Source of the DNA: an uncultured Methanosarcinales archaeon
GTDB taxonomy: Archaea; Nanobdellota; Nanobdellia; Woesearchaeales; GW2011-AR15
Assembly (NCBI GenBank): GCA_964428335.1
Contig: CAYRXW010000003.1
Coordinates: 150,368-214,367 of the forward strand
Length of the DNA: 64,000 nucleotides
Direction: 5' to 3'
Position 1 is the stretch's first letter, and every line of letters starts with the position of its first letter. The notes under the pieces were generated by a model, which saw only the letters and a program-made list of their open reading frames with translations, was not told the origin of the DNA and searched no databases. A program made the translations under genes and the position numbers. Positions 17,439-26,909 of the stretch are shown here, one piece after another.

Positions 17439-18087
17439 TTTTCAACAGTTCAAAAGCAAGCCTTGAAGATGCCCTTAATAGTTCCTGAGGATCTTTCCCT
17501 TCTACTACAATGCATCCTAGCTCATCGCTTATCCTTGTCTCGTTTGAAAGCCTTAATTCAACTACCCTTACACCTTCGCCATAATCACTGCATGTTATAA
17601 CAGGAGCATCTGTCTTATTGCTTGGAATTGTAACAGCTGCTTTCACATCCATTTCATAGACCTGGCCAAGTATCTTTGCAACTTCAACACCAGAAAGAAC
17701 AACACTTGCCGGATAGGTCGGATCCATTGTTATGTAAATCTTCCTTCCTCCGATTATGAGTATTTTTGGAGAAGTAGCTTCACCAAGTGAATTTGTGATT
17801 GTAGGGACATCCTCAACCTGACTTGGATTATAATGGAAATAAAGATTGTATTGCCTTTCCCACCCTTTTATCTTATCTTTTATTGAAAGCTCAGTATACC
17901 ACAGTTCCCCTCGCTTTGCAAAAGTATATCCCTTATACATGACATTCTCTTCCTGTACAGGCTCTACTTTATTATTTTTCAGAACTATCAAAATACCTGC
18001 AAAAATGACAAATATCGCAAGCAGACTGATAATGAGTATCTTGTCATTTGATGATGATTTTTCTGTTTTTTTCTTTTCTTTGCTCAT
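17431..18087 (-). CDS. Membrane-anchored hypothetical protein
   Basis: N-terminal TM; PVITC...CI motif shared with neighbour. Confidence 0.75.
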   Translation of the reverse strand: MSKEKKKTEKSSSNDKILIISLLAIFVIFAGILIVLKNNKVEPVQEENVMYKGYTFAKRGELWYTELSIKDKIKGWERQYNLYFHYNPSQVEDVPTITNSLGEATSPKILIIGGRKIYITMDPTYPASVVLSGVEVAKILGQVYEMDVKAAVTIPSNKTDAPVITCSDYGEGVRVVELRLSNETRISDELGCIVVEGKDPQELLRASSRLAFELLKIM

Positions 18088-18680
18088 ATCTCAACACCAT
18101 TTAAAACATAAACCAATGAATCCCTGACCTGAAGGGCAGACTGGCTGTTAAGCTCAATATTAATGCATGAATTCAAGTTCTCAACTTTTGTGACATTTGA
18201 AGATTTGACAATTATGACTGGCGCAATAACAGTTGAATTTTGGCATGTTACCTTCGGCAGATTATACAATGTTGAATTGTCAACCAATGAATCAAAGAAA
18301 AATTTCCCTGTGGGAAGATTGTTCCTTAAATCAAATCTTAGATAATCCATCAACTGAACGCTTTCATCATTAGGGTCAAATGCAAAATAGAAATAGTTCG
18401 CATTTTTTATGATGCTTTTTGTGTTATCGTCAAAAGTCAATGCCAGACTTTCAGGAAGAAAAAATGTTGTGAATTTTTCATCCTTATAGCTGACTTCATA
18501 AAACCTATTTCCTAATTCATCACTTTTTGACATGAACTTATACTTATTCTCCCCGTATGTCCTTGTCAAAGTCTCCTCGCCATTTGAATAATAAATGACA
18601 ACGCTTCCAACAGTTGAAAGCACGAAAACAACAAGCATGAACATGACAAGCACTTTATTTTTCCTATCTTTCTTTTTCAT
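18084..18680 (-). CDS. Membrane-anchored hypothetical protein (paralog-like to neighbour)
   Basis: MKKKDRKNKVLVMFMLVVFVLSTVG; LPKVTC...CI; start moved to avoid overlap with AMMECR1. Confidence 0.7.
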   Translation of the reverse strand: MKKKDRKNKVLVMFMLVVFVLSTVGSVVIYYSNGEETLTRTYGENKYKFMSKSDELGNRFYEVSYKDEKFTTFFLPESLALTFDDNTKSIIKNANYFYFAFDPNDESVQLMDYLRFDLRNNLPTGKFFFDSLVDNSTLYNLPKVTCQNSTVIAPVIIVKSSNVTKVENLNSCINIELNSQSALQVRDSLVYVLNGVEI

Positions 18681-18729
18681 TTTCCTAAAAAAAGGCATTT
18701 TGTTTAAAAATCTTCCTAAATAAGCAGGA

Positions 18730-19311
18730 TTAATTAGCAAGTTTTGCAACATTTCCCCCAGGCTCTTCTTCATGAAATATCTCGGCTGAAAATGTATAGA
18801 TCTCAGCGTTTTCAGTCCAGTCTTCAAAATCAAGACCTGCTTTTTCGCATACCATCCCAAGAGCTTCCAACGGAGTGCATTCCTGCTCAGAAAAAACCTG
18901 CGGAAGCAGTAGCCCTGATTTCCATTCTTTTTTTATTATCAGCCCATGCTTTCCAATCTCTATCTTATCAAGATATTCACTTGAATCCTTAACTTCTAGG
19001 AGCTCAGGGACTGAAAGAACAGAGATTTCTATTGTGATATCATCCATGTCTTCTTTAGATACAGGATGGAACCTTGGGTCCTTAAATGCAGCAGCCCTTG
19101 CTGCTTCAATAATTGCCCTTTGTAATGGATATATTGGTGTAGGAAAGCCAATACACCCTCTCAACTTATCATATAACTTTAGCGTTACAAAAACACCCTG
19201 CTTTCCGCTGAATTTCTCGCTATCTGCAAGGCTTAACTTTTTTGAGGTAAAGATACTATTTATTGAATTCCTTGCAAGATCAATGAGAATTTTCCCGTCT
19301 TCTATTTCCAT
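18730..19311 (-). CDS. AMMECR1 domain protein
   Basis: GVFVTL..LRGCIG, AAFKDPRF, GLLLPQV. Confidence 0.92.
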   Translation of the reverse strand: MEIEDGKILIDLARNSINSIFTSKKLSLADSEKFSGKQGVFVTLKLYDKLRGCIGFPTPIYPLQRAIIEAARAAAFKDPRFHPVSKEDMDDITIEISVLSVPELLEVKDSSEYLDKIEIGKHGLIIKKEWKSGLLLPQVFSEQECTPLEALGMVCEKAGLDFEDWTENAEIYTFSAEIFHEEEPGGNVAKLAN

Positions 19312-19351
19312 AGTTTAATCATAATCAAAAACAGGTTTATAAATTTATACG

Positions 19352-19819
19352 CTAATATCTTTTCCTATCCGGCCTCTTTTTAACAGCGGTATTTTTATAC
19401 CATTCTTCAATCAGATTCATCTGCGAATCATCAATTGGCAGCATGAAAAGATAAGGCGTCCTTCCACCATACTTCGGCTGGTTTTCTGCCCTTTTCACAA
19501 GCTTTGTTTTCCTCTCAAGATATTGTCTAGCATTCTGGATTTCCTGATGTGTTGGCAGGTTTTCATATCCCAGTTTGCGTTGTTCAAGGGAATCTATTAT
19601 CTCATATAATGGCTGAAAAGTGAATAACCCCTCTTTTGCAAGCTCAAACCTATCACCTTTTCTCTTTCTTTCATGGTAAATAACAGAAATGTATTCCTTG
19701 AGGAAATACCTGGTAAGCTCAACATCCGGAAGCTTTTCTTTTAAAGAACCAAGGTGTTTAGTAATCTTTTTTTTAACAATTTCGGTTTCATCTCTTATTT
19801 TCTCTTCTAGACTAACCAC
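19352..19819 (-). CDS. Hypothetical protein
   Basis: 155-aa ORF with upstream TATA-like box. Confidence 0.55.
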   Translation of the reverse strand: MVSLEEKIRDETEIVKKKITKHLGSLKEKLPDVELTRYFLKEYISVIYHERKRKGDRFELAKEGLFTFQPLYEIIDSLEQRKLGYENLPTHQEIQNARQYLERKTKLVKRAENQPKYGGRTPYLFMLPIDDSQMNLIEEWYKNTAVKKRPDRKRY

Positions 19820-19864
19820 TAAACAAGGGAAAATAAGGAAATATTTAAATTAAATTTAAAAGAA

Positions 19865-20122
19865 TCACTTAAAGGATTTCAGGACTTCATTGTTCCTTTT
19901 CTTAAGCCTTGAAATGGCGTCCTTTACAGAAGCTTTTGGGTCTTCAGCTTCAACAATGAACTTTGGAACCCCAATCATAGGGTGGCTGATGTTATATGCT
20001 GCAACTGTTACAGACTTATCATTCCATAATTCTTCCCTAAGCGCATTGCATAGGGTATGGTCTTCCCCTTTAATCTCAAAAACCAGCCTTTTCTTCTTAT
20101 CCTCTAAAATTGTGACTTCCAT
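19865..20122 (-). CDS. rpoL: DNA-directed RNA polymerase subunit L (Rpo11)
   Basis: GEDHTLCNALREEL, AAYNISHP. Confidence 0.93.
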   Translation of the reverse strand: MEVTILEDKKKRLVFEIKGEDHTLCNALREELWNDKSVTVAAYNISHPMIGVPKFIVEAEDPKASVKDAISRLKKRNNEVLKSFK

Positions 20123-20210
20123 AAAAACAAGAAAATAAGGGTGCTTTAAAAAGGTTTTCATGGCCTTAAAAAAAATAAGGTATATAAAGGAGTAATTCAT
20201 TTTTCTGGAA

Positions 20211-21461
20211 ATGAAATTTTACCCAATTTCAGCTTTCATGCTTTTTTTCATGCTATCTTCAGCTTTTTCATTCGAGATAACAGAGATAATGCATACTCCA
20301 AGCGATGGCAACGAATGGATTGAGTTTTACACAGGAAGCGAGATAAATTTTTCGGGATATGAGTTAATTGACAATCTGCATACTGATCAATTGGTATGCT
20401 GCGGGTTAAGCTGTAATTATATTGTTCCTTCAGGTTCTTTTTTCCTTGTTCTTGACCAGGATTCAACATTAAATTATTCAGGAATAAGATTCTGTGTTGA
20501 TGATTTTACAATCGGAAATACGCTTGGAAATACCAATGATAAAATCGTAATTACAAAAAATTTAGTAACTTACGTAAACACATCATATCAAAAAGCAGTA
20601 ACTTCAGGAAACTCAATAACCTTTATCAATAATTCATGGGTTGAAACTGAACCAACTATTGGATATGGTGTCATTGTTATAGATAATGAAACTGAAATCA
20701 ATGACACTATAAATGAGACATATGTCAATGAGACAGAGACAAATGAAACAGCTAATGAAACAGCTAATGAAACAGGTAACGAAACCTGCAGCGTATGCAC
20801 AAATACAACTATAACAGTCTATATCAATAATTCATGCAACTATGAGAACTTTACTTTAATGATAAATGAGCTAAGTTTACTTCTTAATGAATCAAGGGAA
20901 ACAATAAACGAGCTGGAAAATGAATCAGATTCAAAAGATGAAACAATCTTTATGCTGGAATCAAAGATAATCAACCTGACCAATAAACTGGAGCAGTTTA
21001 ATGGATGCAATTTCAACAATCCAGTGTGCGGCGATAATTATGTATGCATGAATAACCAATGTGTTTTGAAAGAAGGGTGCAGCTTTAGCAATCCAAGTTG
21101 CGATGAAGGATATATATGCAAGGAAAACATATGCGTGGCAAAAAAACAGGTGATTTTCAGGACAAACATCAATGACGGCAATTATTACTCAAAAGAAGGA
21201 GAGATTGCAATAGATGGGAACAATGACGAAACTTTGGACTGTTATAAATCTGAATCATTCAGCATGTTTTACTTTGCCCAGTTCACAAAGAAGCTTGGGA
21301 AGACAATGGAGCTTTACCCGGTAGAAAAGCTGCCACTTAATAGGATAATAGTAAGGGATAAAAAAAGAAATCCAATCTACAGGCTTTCAGACAGCTGCAG
21401 CCTGCCTTTGGCAGCAGATGAGCATCAGGGTTACATCGGAATGGAAGTCTATAAGCAATAG
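20211..21461 (+). CDS. Secreted lamin-tail-domain protein with NET repeats and Cys-rich repeats
   Basis: Signal peptide; ITEIMH..NEWIEFY..LGNTND (LTD); NETANETANET sequons; two C..NP.C...Y.C..N.CV repeats. Confidence 0.7.
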   Translation: MKFYPISAFMLFFMLSSAFSFEITEIMHTPSDGNEWIEFYTGSEINFSGYELIDNLHTDQLVCCGLSCNYIVPSGSFFLVLDQDSTLNYSGIRFCVDDFTIGNTLGNTNDKIVITKNLVTYVNTSYQKAVTSGNSITFINNSWVETEPTIGYGVIVIDNETEINDTINETYVNETETNETANETANETGNETCSVCTNTTITVYINNSCNYENFTLMINELSLLLNESRETINELENESDSKDETIFMLESKIINLTNKLEQFNGCNFNNPVCGDNYVCMNNQCVLKEGCSFSNPSCDEGYICKENICVAKKQVIFRTNINDGNYYSKEGEIAIDGNNDETLDCYKSESFSMFYFAQFTKKLGKTMELYPVEKLPLNRIIVRDKKRNPIYRLSDSCSLPLAADEHQGYIGMEVYKQ

Positions 21462-21527
21462 AGAACTTTGAAAAACCCAATTATATCATACTTTAATTCT
21501 GATCCAGATGAGATTCAAAGTTCTTCT

Positions 21528-21570
21528 TTGAGAGGTTTGCAGGTTTTTCAAAACCTCTCAATAGTTTTTC
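21528..21570 (+). terminator. Hairpin followed by T-run
   Basis: TTGAGAGGTTT/AAACCTCTCAA 11-bp stem, then TAGTTTTTC. Confidence 0.5.
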
Positions 21571-21578
21571 AGCAAAAC

Positions 21579-21586
21579 TTTAAATA
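21579..21586 (+). promoter_or_regulatory. TATA box of leuS transcription unit
   Basis: TTTAAATA preceded by A-rich BRE-like AGCAAAAC; about 25 nt upstream of ATG 21611. Confidence 0.55.
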
Positions 21587-21610
21587 TTTAATACTTTATT
21601 CTAAATAAGA

Positions 21611-21634
21611 ATGAGAAACCTGCTCCTCCTATAA
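21611..21634 (+). promoter_or_regulatory. Putative Leu-rich leader peptide (MRNLLLL*)
   Basis: ATG AGA AAC CTG CTC CTC CTA TAA, 48 nt before leuS start. Confidence 0.65.
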
Positions 21635-21682
21635 AGCCGGAAGTTTCATAGTTCTCTCAATATTTGCTTTGGGTGATAAAAA

Positions 21683-24499
21683 ATGAAGACAGAAGAAAAA
21701 TGGGTCAAGAAATGGCAAGAGTCTAAAGTATTTGAGGCAAAGCCAGACAAAAGAAAAAAGTTCTTTGGAACGTTTCCTTATCCTTATGTAAATTCATACC
21801 TTCATCTGGGGCATTTCTATTCATCGATGAGGCTTGAAGCGCTTTCCAGGTACAAGAGGATGAAAGGCTTCAATGTACTATATGCGCAGGGCTGGCACTG
21901 CACAGGAAGCCCAATAGTCAGCGCTGCAAAAAGAATAGAGGAAAATGAGCCAAAACAGGTAGGGATATTGAAGATGCAAGGATTTTCCGATGAAGAGATA
22001 AAAGAGTTTTCCAATCCGAAAAAATGGATTGAATTTTTCCCAAAAGAAGCAAAAAAAGACTTCACAGACATGGGATACTCGATTGATTTTAGAAGATCAT
22101 TCATCACAACAGACATGAACCCAAGCTATGATAAGTTCATCAGGTGGCAGTTCAATAAACTAAAAGAAAAAGAGTATGTATTGAAAGGGCATTTTCCTGT
22201 TGTGTGGGATCCAAAAGACAATTGCCCTGTAGGAGACCATGACAGGATTGAAGGAGAAGGGGAAGTTCCGCAGGAATATGTAATCTATAAGCAGCCCCTA
22301 AAAGACGGAAGGTATGTAATCTCTGCAACATTAAAGCCTGACACAGTCCTTGGGATAACAAATATGTTTGTAAACCCGAAATCAGAGCTTGTTGAAGCAA
22401 GGGTCAACAGAGAAATATGGATATTATCTGAAAAATCTGCAAGGGAACTTGGTTTTCAGGACAGGAAGGTAGAAATAATAAAAAAAATAGCAGGCAAGGA
22501 ACTTATTGGGAAGACTGTTCGGCAGTTCAATGGCTTAGATGTTCCGATACTTCCTGCAGATTTTGTTGCAACAGAAGTAGGGACTGGAATTGTGCACAGC
22601 TGCCCAAGCGATTCAGCTGATGATTTAATTGCTTTAATGGATCTAATAAAAAACGAGAAATACCAAAAGGAATTCGGGCTAAAAAAAGAAGACCTGGAAA
22701 AAATAAAGCCAATTCCAATAATAGATATTGAAGGCTATTCAAAAATACCTGCAGAAGACATAATAAAAAAATTCAAGATAACAGACCAAAATGACTTAGG
22801 GAAGCTAAAAGAAGCAAAAAAAGAGCTTTATGGAGATGGGTATTACAAAGGAAAATTCAATGAAAAATACACAACAAAATTTTTCAAGAAAAAATATTTT
22901 GGTCTTAATGTAATAGACCATAAGGATGAAATAAAGCTTGAACTTATAGACAAAGGCTTTGCTGAAATCTATTTCCAGCTTACAGGAAGGGTTCTTGCAA
23001 GATCATTATCTGAATGCGTTGTAAAGATAGTAGATGACCAGTGGTTCATGGCATATGGAAGCGAAGAATGGAAAAAGCTTGCACATGAATGCCTGGACAA
23101 CATGAAATTATATCCTGAAAAAACAAGATCACAGTTCAATTATGTCCTGGACTGGCTGAGGAACTGGGCATGCACCCGTGAATTCGGCCTTGGGACAAGG
23201 CTTCCATGGGATGAGAAATGGCTTATAGAATCATTAAGCGATTCAACAATCTATATGGCTTATTATACAATTGCGCATAAGATACAAAATGTTGATGCAG
23301 AAAAACTGGATGATAACTTCTTTGATTACGTGTTATTAGGCAAGGGAGACTTAGCCAAAATAAAAATAGATAAGAAACTGACTGTGGAACTTAGGGAAGA
23401 ATTCGATTACTGGTATCCTATGGACTTTAGGACTACAGGAAAAGACCTGATACAGAACCACATGAGCTTCTCAATATTTAACCATGTTGCAATATTCCCA
23501 AAAGAAAAATGGCCAAGAAGCTTTGGCTCAAACGGCCATGTCTTAGTAGATGGGGACAAGATGTCAAAATCAAAAGGGAATTTTGTGACAATGAGGCAGG
23601 CTTATCTTGATTATGGCGCAGATGCATCAAGATTCACAGCGCTTTCTGGTGGAGAAGGGATTGACGATGCCAACTTTGATCGGGAAATGGCAAAAGCTAT
23701 GATACCAAAACTTGCACAGCTAAATGAGTTTGCAAAAGAATATTACAACAAGGGAAGGAAGGACAAGCTTTCAATAGACAAATGGCTTATGGCAAAGGTC
23801 AGTAGGATAATAATGGAAACAGAAAAATGCTACGAGGAAACAATGTTTAGGTCAGCTCTTCAGGTATGCTATTTTGAGATGCAGAATTCCTTAAAGTGGT
23901 ACATGAGAAGATGTCTCAATAACCCGAACAAGGAAGCAATAAACTATTTCATTGAGACACAGGCATTATTGCTTGCTCCTATCACTCCTTTCATAAGTGA
24001 GGAGATCTGGGAAGCAATAGGAAAAAAAGGATTTATTGCTGCTGCAGATTGGCCACAGGCAACACATCTTGAAGACATAAATTCAGAAGAATTCATAAAA
24101 AGCACAATGGAAGATATAAATTCCATCCTAAAGCTTGTGAAAACCAAGCCAAATAAAATAACTCTGTTTGTTTCAGAATACTGGAAATACGGCTTTTACA
24201 ATGAACTGAAAAAAGAGATGGCAAAGTCAAGGGATTTCAAGATGCTTATGCAGGCAATGATGCAAAAAAGTGAATTCAAGAAGCATGGGCAGGATGTACC
24301 TAAGATGATTGAAAAAGCATTGAAATCAGGGATCAAGGAATTCTCAAGTCAAAATGATGAATTTACATCATTAAAAGAGTGCCTGGGTTTCCTTGGAGAG
24401 GAATTCAACTGCGCTTTGGAAGTCAAGAAAGCAGAAGAAAGCAAAGAAGCAAAGGCAAAAATGGCAATTCCTGGAAAAGTTGCGATACTTGCAGAATAA
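21683..24499 (+). CDS. leuS: Leucyl-tRNA synthetase (archaeal type)
   Basis: FPYPYVNSYLHLGH, KMSKSKGN, IESLSDSTIYMAYY, GKDLIQNH. Confidence 0.97.
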   Translation: MKTEEKWVKKWQESKVFEAKPDKRKKFFGTFPYPYVNSYLHLGHFYSSMRLEALSRYKRMKGFNVLYAQGWHCTGSPIVSAAKRIEENEPKQVGILKMQGFSDEEIKEFSNPKKWIEFFPKEAKKDFTDMGYSIDFRRSFITTDMNPSYDKFIRWQFNKLKEKEYVLKGHFPVVWDPKDNCPVGDHDRIEGEGEVPQEYVIYKQPLKDGRYVISATLKPDTVLGITNMFVNPKSELVEARVNREIWILSEKSARELGFQDRKVEIIKKIAGKELIGKTVRQFNGLDVPILPADFVATEVGTGIVHSCPSDSADDLIALMDLIKNEKYQKEFGLKKEDLEKIKPIPIIDIEGYSKIPAEDIIKKFKITDQNDLGKLKEAKKELYGDGYYKGKFNEKYTTKFFKKKYFGLNVIDHKDEIKLELIDKGFAEIYFQLTGRVLARSLSECVVKIVDDQWFMAYGSEEWKKLAHECLDNMKLYPEKTRSQFNYVLDWLRNWACTREFGLGTRLPWDEKWLIESLSDSTIYMAYYTIAHKIQNVDAEKLDDNFFDYVLLGKGDLAKIKIDKKLTVELREEFDYWYPMDFRTTGKDLIQNHMSFSIFNHVAIFPKEKWPRSFGSNGHVLVDGDKMSKSKGNFVTMRQAYLDYGADASRFTALSGGEGIDDANFDREMAKAMIPKLAQLNEFAKEYYNKGRKDKLSIDKWLMAKVSRIIMETEKCYEETMFRSALQVCYFEMQNSLKWYMRRCLNNPNKEAINYFIETQALLLAPITPFISEEIWEAIGKKGFIAAADWPQATHLEDINSEEFIKSTMEDINSILKLVKTKPNKITLFVSEYWKYGFYNELKKEMAKSRDFKMLMQAMMQKSEFKKHGQDVPKMIEKALKSGIKEFSSQNDEFTSLKECLGFLGEEFNCALEVKKAEESKEAKAKMAIPGKVAILAE

Positions 24500-24502
24500 A
24501 GA

Positions 24503-24862
24503 ATGAAAAAAATAAACCTGGATGAAAAATTCAAGCTATTCAAGGAGACATGGAGCCCAAAATTAATAGGAGAATTGAATGACTGCAATTTCCAGCTGGT
24601 TAAATGCAAAGGCGAACTGCCATGGCATCATCATGATGATGAGGATGAAGTATTTCTGACAGTCAAAGGTGAATTTATAGTAAGGACAAAAGAGCAGGAA
24701 TTTAGGTTAAAGAAAGGCGAGTGTTTATTCATGCCCCGCATGATTGAGCACCAGACAGCAGCTGAGAAACTTACTGAGATAATATATATCTCTAGAAAAG
24801 GGTCTGTAAACACAGGAAATGTGAAAGAAAAAAGGACTGTTGAAAGACCAGAAAAGATTTAA
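24503..24862 (+). CDS. Cupin domain protein
   Basis: WSPKLIGELN, WHHHDDEDEVF, EH. Confidence 0.88.
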   Translation: MKKINLDEKFKLFKETWSPKLIGELNDCNFQLVKCKGELPWHHHDDEDEVFLTVKGEFIVRTKEQEFRLKKGECLFMPRMIEHQTAAEKLTEIIYISRKGSVNTGNVKEKRTVERPEKI

Positions 24863-24924
24863 CAGGTTTAATTTCTTAATTTTATCCGACAGCTTTATAA
24901 ACCCTGCTTTTTTCCTTTTCCCCT

Positions 24925-25125
24925 ATGATAATCCCAATCAGATGCTGGTCATGCGGAAAGCCAATAGCCCATTTATGGGAAGACTTCCTTGCAAGGACAA
25001 ACAACAGGAAGCAAAATGTCAAAGAGACACTGGATGATTTAGGTGTTGAAAGATACTGCTGCAGAGCACAGTTCCTGGGTCATGTTGATTTAATGGATAC
25101 AGTATCAGCATTCAAGAAATTCTGA
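24925..25125 (+). CDS. rpoN: DNA-directed RNA polymerase subunit N (Rpo10)
   Basis: MIIPIRCWSCGK...LGVERYCCR. Confidence 0.96.
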   Translation: MIIPIRCWSCGKPIAHLWEDFLARTNNRKQNVKETLDDLGVERYCCRAQFLGHVDLMDTVSAFKKF

Positions 25126-25145
25126 TTAGGCTCTTAGGTTTTAAT

Positions 25146-26087
25146 TTATTTTAGCCTTATCTTCTTAATCTTTATATCTGGTTGCTTTTCCTTGATATAA
25201 ACATAATCCTGATGCCACACATTCTTTTTTTCCTTAAATGAGTCAACGCCAGTAGTTCCGCCGAAATGGTCATTCCTGCCAAGAGCTATATGCAGTCCAA
25301 GCTTTTCATCAAGTAACGTACGACCGCATGGCTTTATCCCGTATTTTCCTAAAACACCCATTGCAAGTTCAGCAATATTTCCTACAGCATAATCCTCTTT
25401 TATCCTGTCCATAAGCAGATGAGGCTTATCTGAAGAGATGATATGATTATCTTCAACCCTAAATACAACAACATTTCCCTCCAGCTGTATCGGTAGTTCC
25501 CCTCTTGTCCCGCTATCTTTGTCTTTTGGAGAGATGAATGTTTCCCCACTTGGAAGGTTGATTATTTTTCCAGTCTTTGTGCATGAGCCATCATCTCTAA
25601 GCACTTTCATCCCTCTCAGGTCGAAGAACATCTTATATTCCTTTCCTTTTACTTCAAAAACAATCTGTGCATCCTCTCCAAAATCAATCATGTCAACATC
25701 TTTTTTCAGCTCTTTAAAGTCGATATCAAGTGCAGGGAGCATCTCCTTAGTAAATCCTGGCATGCTTGCCCCTCTAAAACTATGCTTCTTTGCAAGCTTT
25801 GACAAAGGAGCTGTAGCTGAAAATTCAGTAAGTGCTATTATAATATCAAACTTAGACAACACAGATTTAAAATCCTGTTTTTTACCCTGAAAAATGCATT
25901 CTTTTGGAAGGTCTGAATTATTTGCGTAAGTTGCATCATAAGAAGCATAAGGAAGCTTAAGGCTTTCTGCAAGTTTCCTTCTATATTCCCAGTCAGGATT
26001 GTCACTTTTTGGGATATCATAGATAACAAGGACTGTCTCATCCTTTTTTTTATTGAAAACTTCTTTCAAGATTTTTTTTATGTTCAT
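25146..26087 (-). CDS. M29-like (thermophilic metallo-) aminopeptidase
   Basis: ASMPG, NLPSGE, IAELAMG, DEK..HIALG, HQD. Confidence 0.75.
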   Translation of the reverse strand: MNIKKILKEVFNKKKDETVLVIYDIPKSDNPDWEYRRKLAESLKLPYASYDATYANNSDLPKECIFQGKKQDFKSVLSKFDIIIALTEFSATAPLSKLAKKHSFRGASMPGFTKEMLPALDIDFKELKKDVDMIDFGEDAQIVFEVKGKEYKMFFDLRGMKVLRDDGSCTKTGKIINLPSGETFISPKDKDSGTRGELPIQLEGNVVVFRVEDNHIISSDKPHLLMDRIKEDYAVGNIAELAMGVLGKYGIKPCGRTLLDEKLGLHIALGRNDHFGGTTGVDSFKEKKNVWHQDYVYIKEKQPDIKIKKIRLK

Positions 26088-26173
26088 AAAAGCAATTTCA
26101 TCTCCTGATTTTTATATATCTTTGGTTGTTTCATTTAAATTTATAATTAACCAACAATTTCCGGGTTTGGAAA

Positions 26174-26872
26174 ATGGATTCAAAAAACCTGGAAGAGCGC
26201 GTCTTGCTTAATTCAGTAAGGGATTTTGCTGTAGTTGCATCTACAGCGTTTGCAAGCATACCATTCGCTTTCATAAGTTTCGTATCTTTAAGCTTACTTG
26301 ACAATCCACCATATCTTCATCAAAGGAAGGTTATAGGAAAAAACGGAGAGAATATCATCATATATAAGTTTAGGACTCTTCACCCAGATTCTGAACCCAA
26401 CTATGTTCCAGGACAAAAGCAAGATGATCCAAGGCAAACCAAAGTCGGGAAATGGCTTAGGATATTAAAATGGGATGAAATCCCGCAGCTATATAATGTC
26501 CTGAAAAGAGAATTGAACGTTTTTGGATATCGGCCCTTTGATGAGGAGCAGCTTCAAAGAGCAAGGACTCTATTAGGTGAGGATGTAGATAAATATATTT
26601 TAAAGACCACTCCTGGCTTGGTTGCGTATCCCCAGGGATTGTCCCTTCTTTATCCAGAGTGTCCAGAAAGGGAAGAACTATATTTTAGAAATGTAAGGGA
26701 TTACTGCAGATATAGGCTCGAGCATCCCTTTAAATCACACTTAAAAGACTATAAAGACATGTTCTTAATTTCAGCAGCTATCTTCTTAAGCCTAAAAACA
26801 GCAGTTGCAAAAAAGCAGATGGATTACGAAAAAAAATCAGTACAATTTTTAAGAAAAAGGCTTCTAGCTTAA
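26174..26872 (+). CDS. Bacterial-type sugar (phosphoglycosyl) transferase, PglC/WcaJ-like
   Basis: GKNG..IYKFRT, DDPR.TKVGKWLR..WDEIPQLYNVL..GYRP. Confidence 0.85.
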   Translation: MDSKNLEERVLLNSVRDFAVVASTAFASIPFAFISFVSLSLLDNPPYLHQRKVIGKNGENIIIYKFRTLHPDSEPNYVPGQKQDDPRQTKVGKWLRILKWDEIPQLYNVLKRELNVFGYRPFDEEQLQRARTLLGEDVDKYILKTTPGLVAYPQGLSLLYPECPEREELYFRNVRDYCRYRLEHPFKSHLKDYKDMFLISAAIFLSLKTAVAKKQMDYEKKSVQFLRKRLLA

Positions 26873-26909
26873 CCATAATTTTTTATACCTGTAACCATTC
26901 AATAATGGT

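Noticed and set aside
18681..18860. N-terminal extension of the 258-aa ORF
   Set aside because: Overlaps the AMMECR1 gene; the TM-led start at 18680 is more plausible
20685..20790. AATGAAACAGCT-type tandem repeats
   Set aside because: Coding NET(A) glycosylation linker, not CRISPR or a mobile repeat
21459..21500. Possible read-through or frameshift at the TAG of the LTD gene
   Set aside because: Alternative frames are short and uninformative; other TAG stops in the window behave normally
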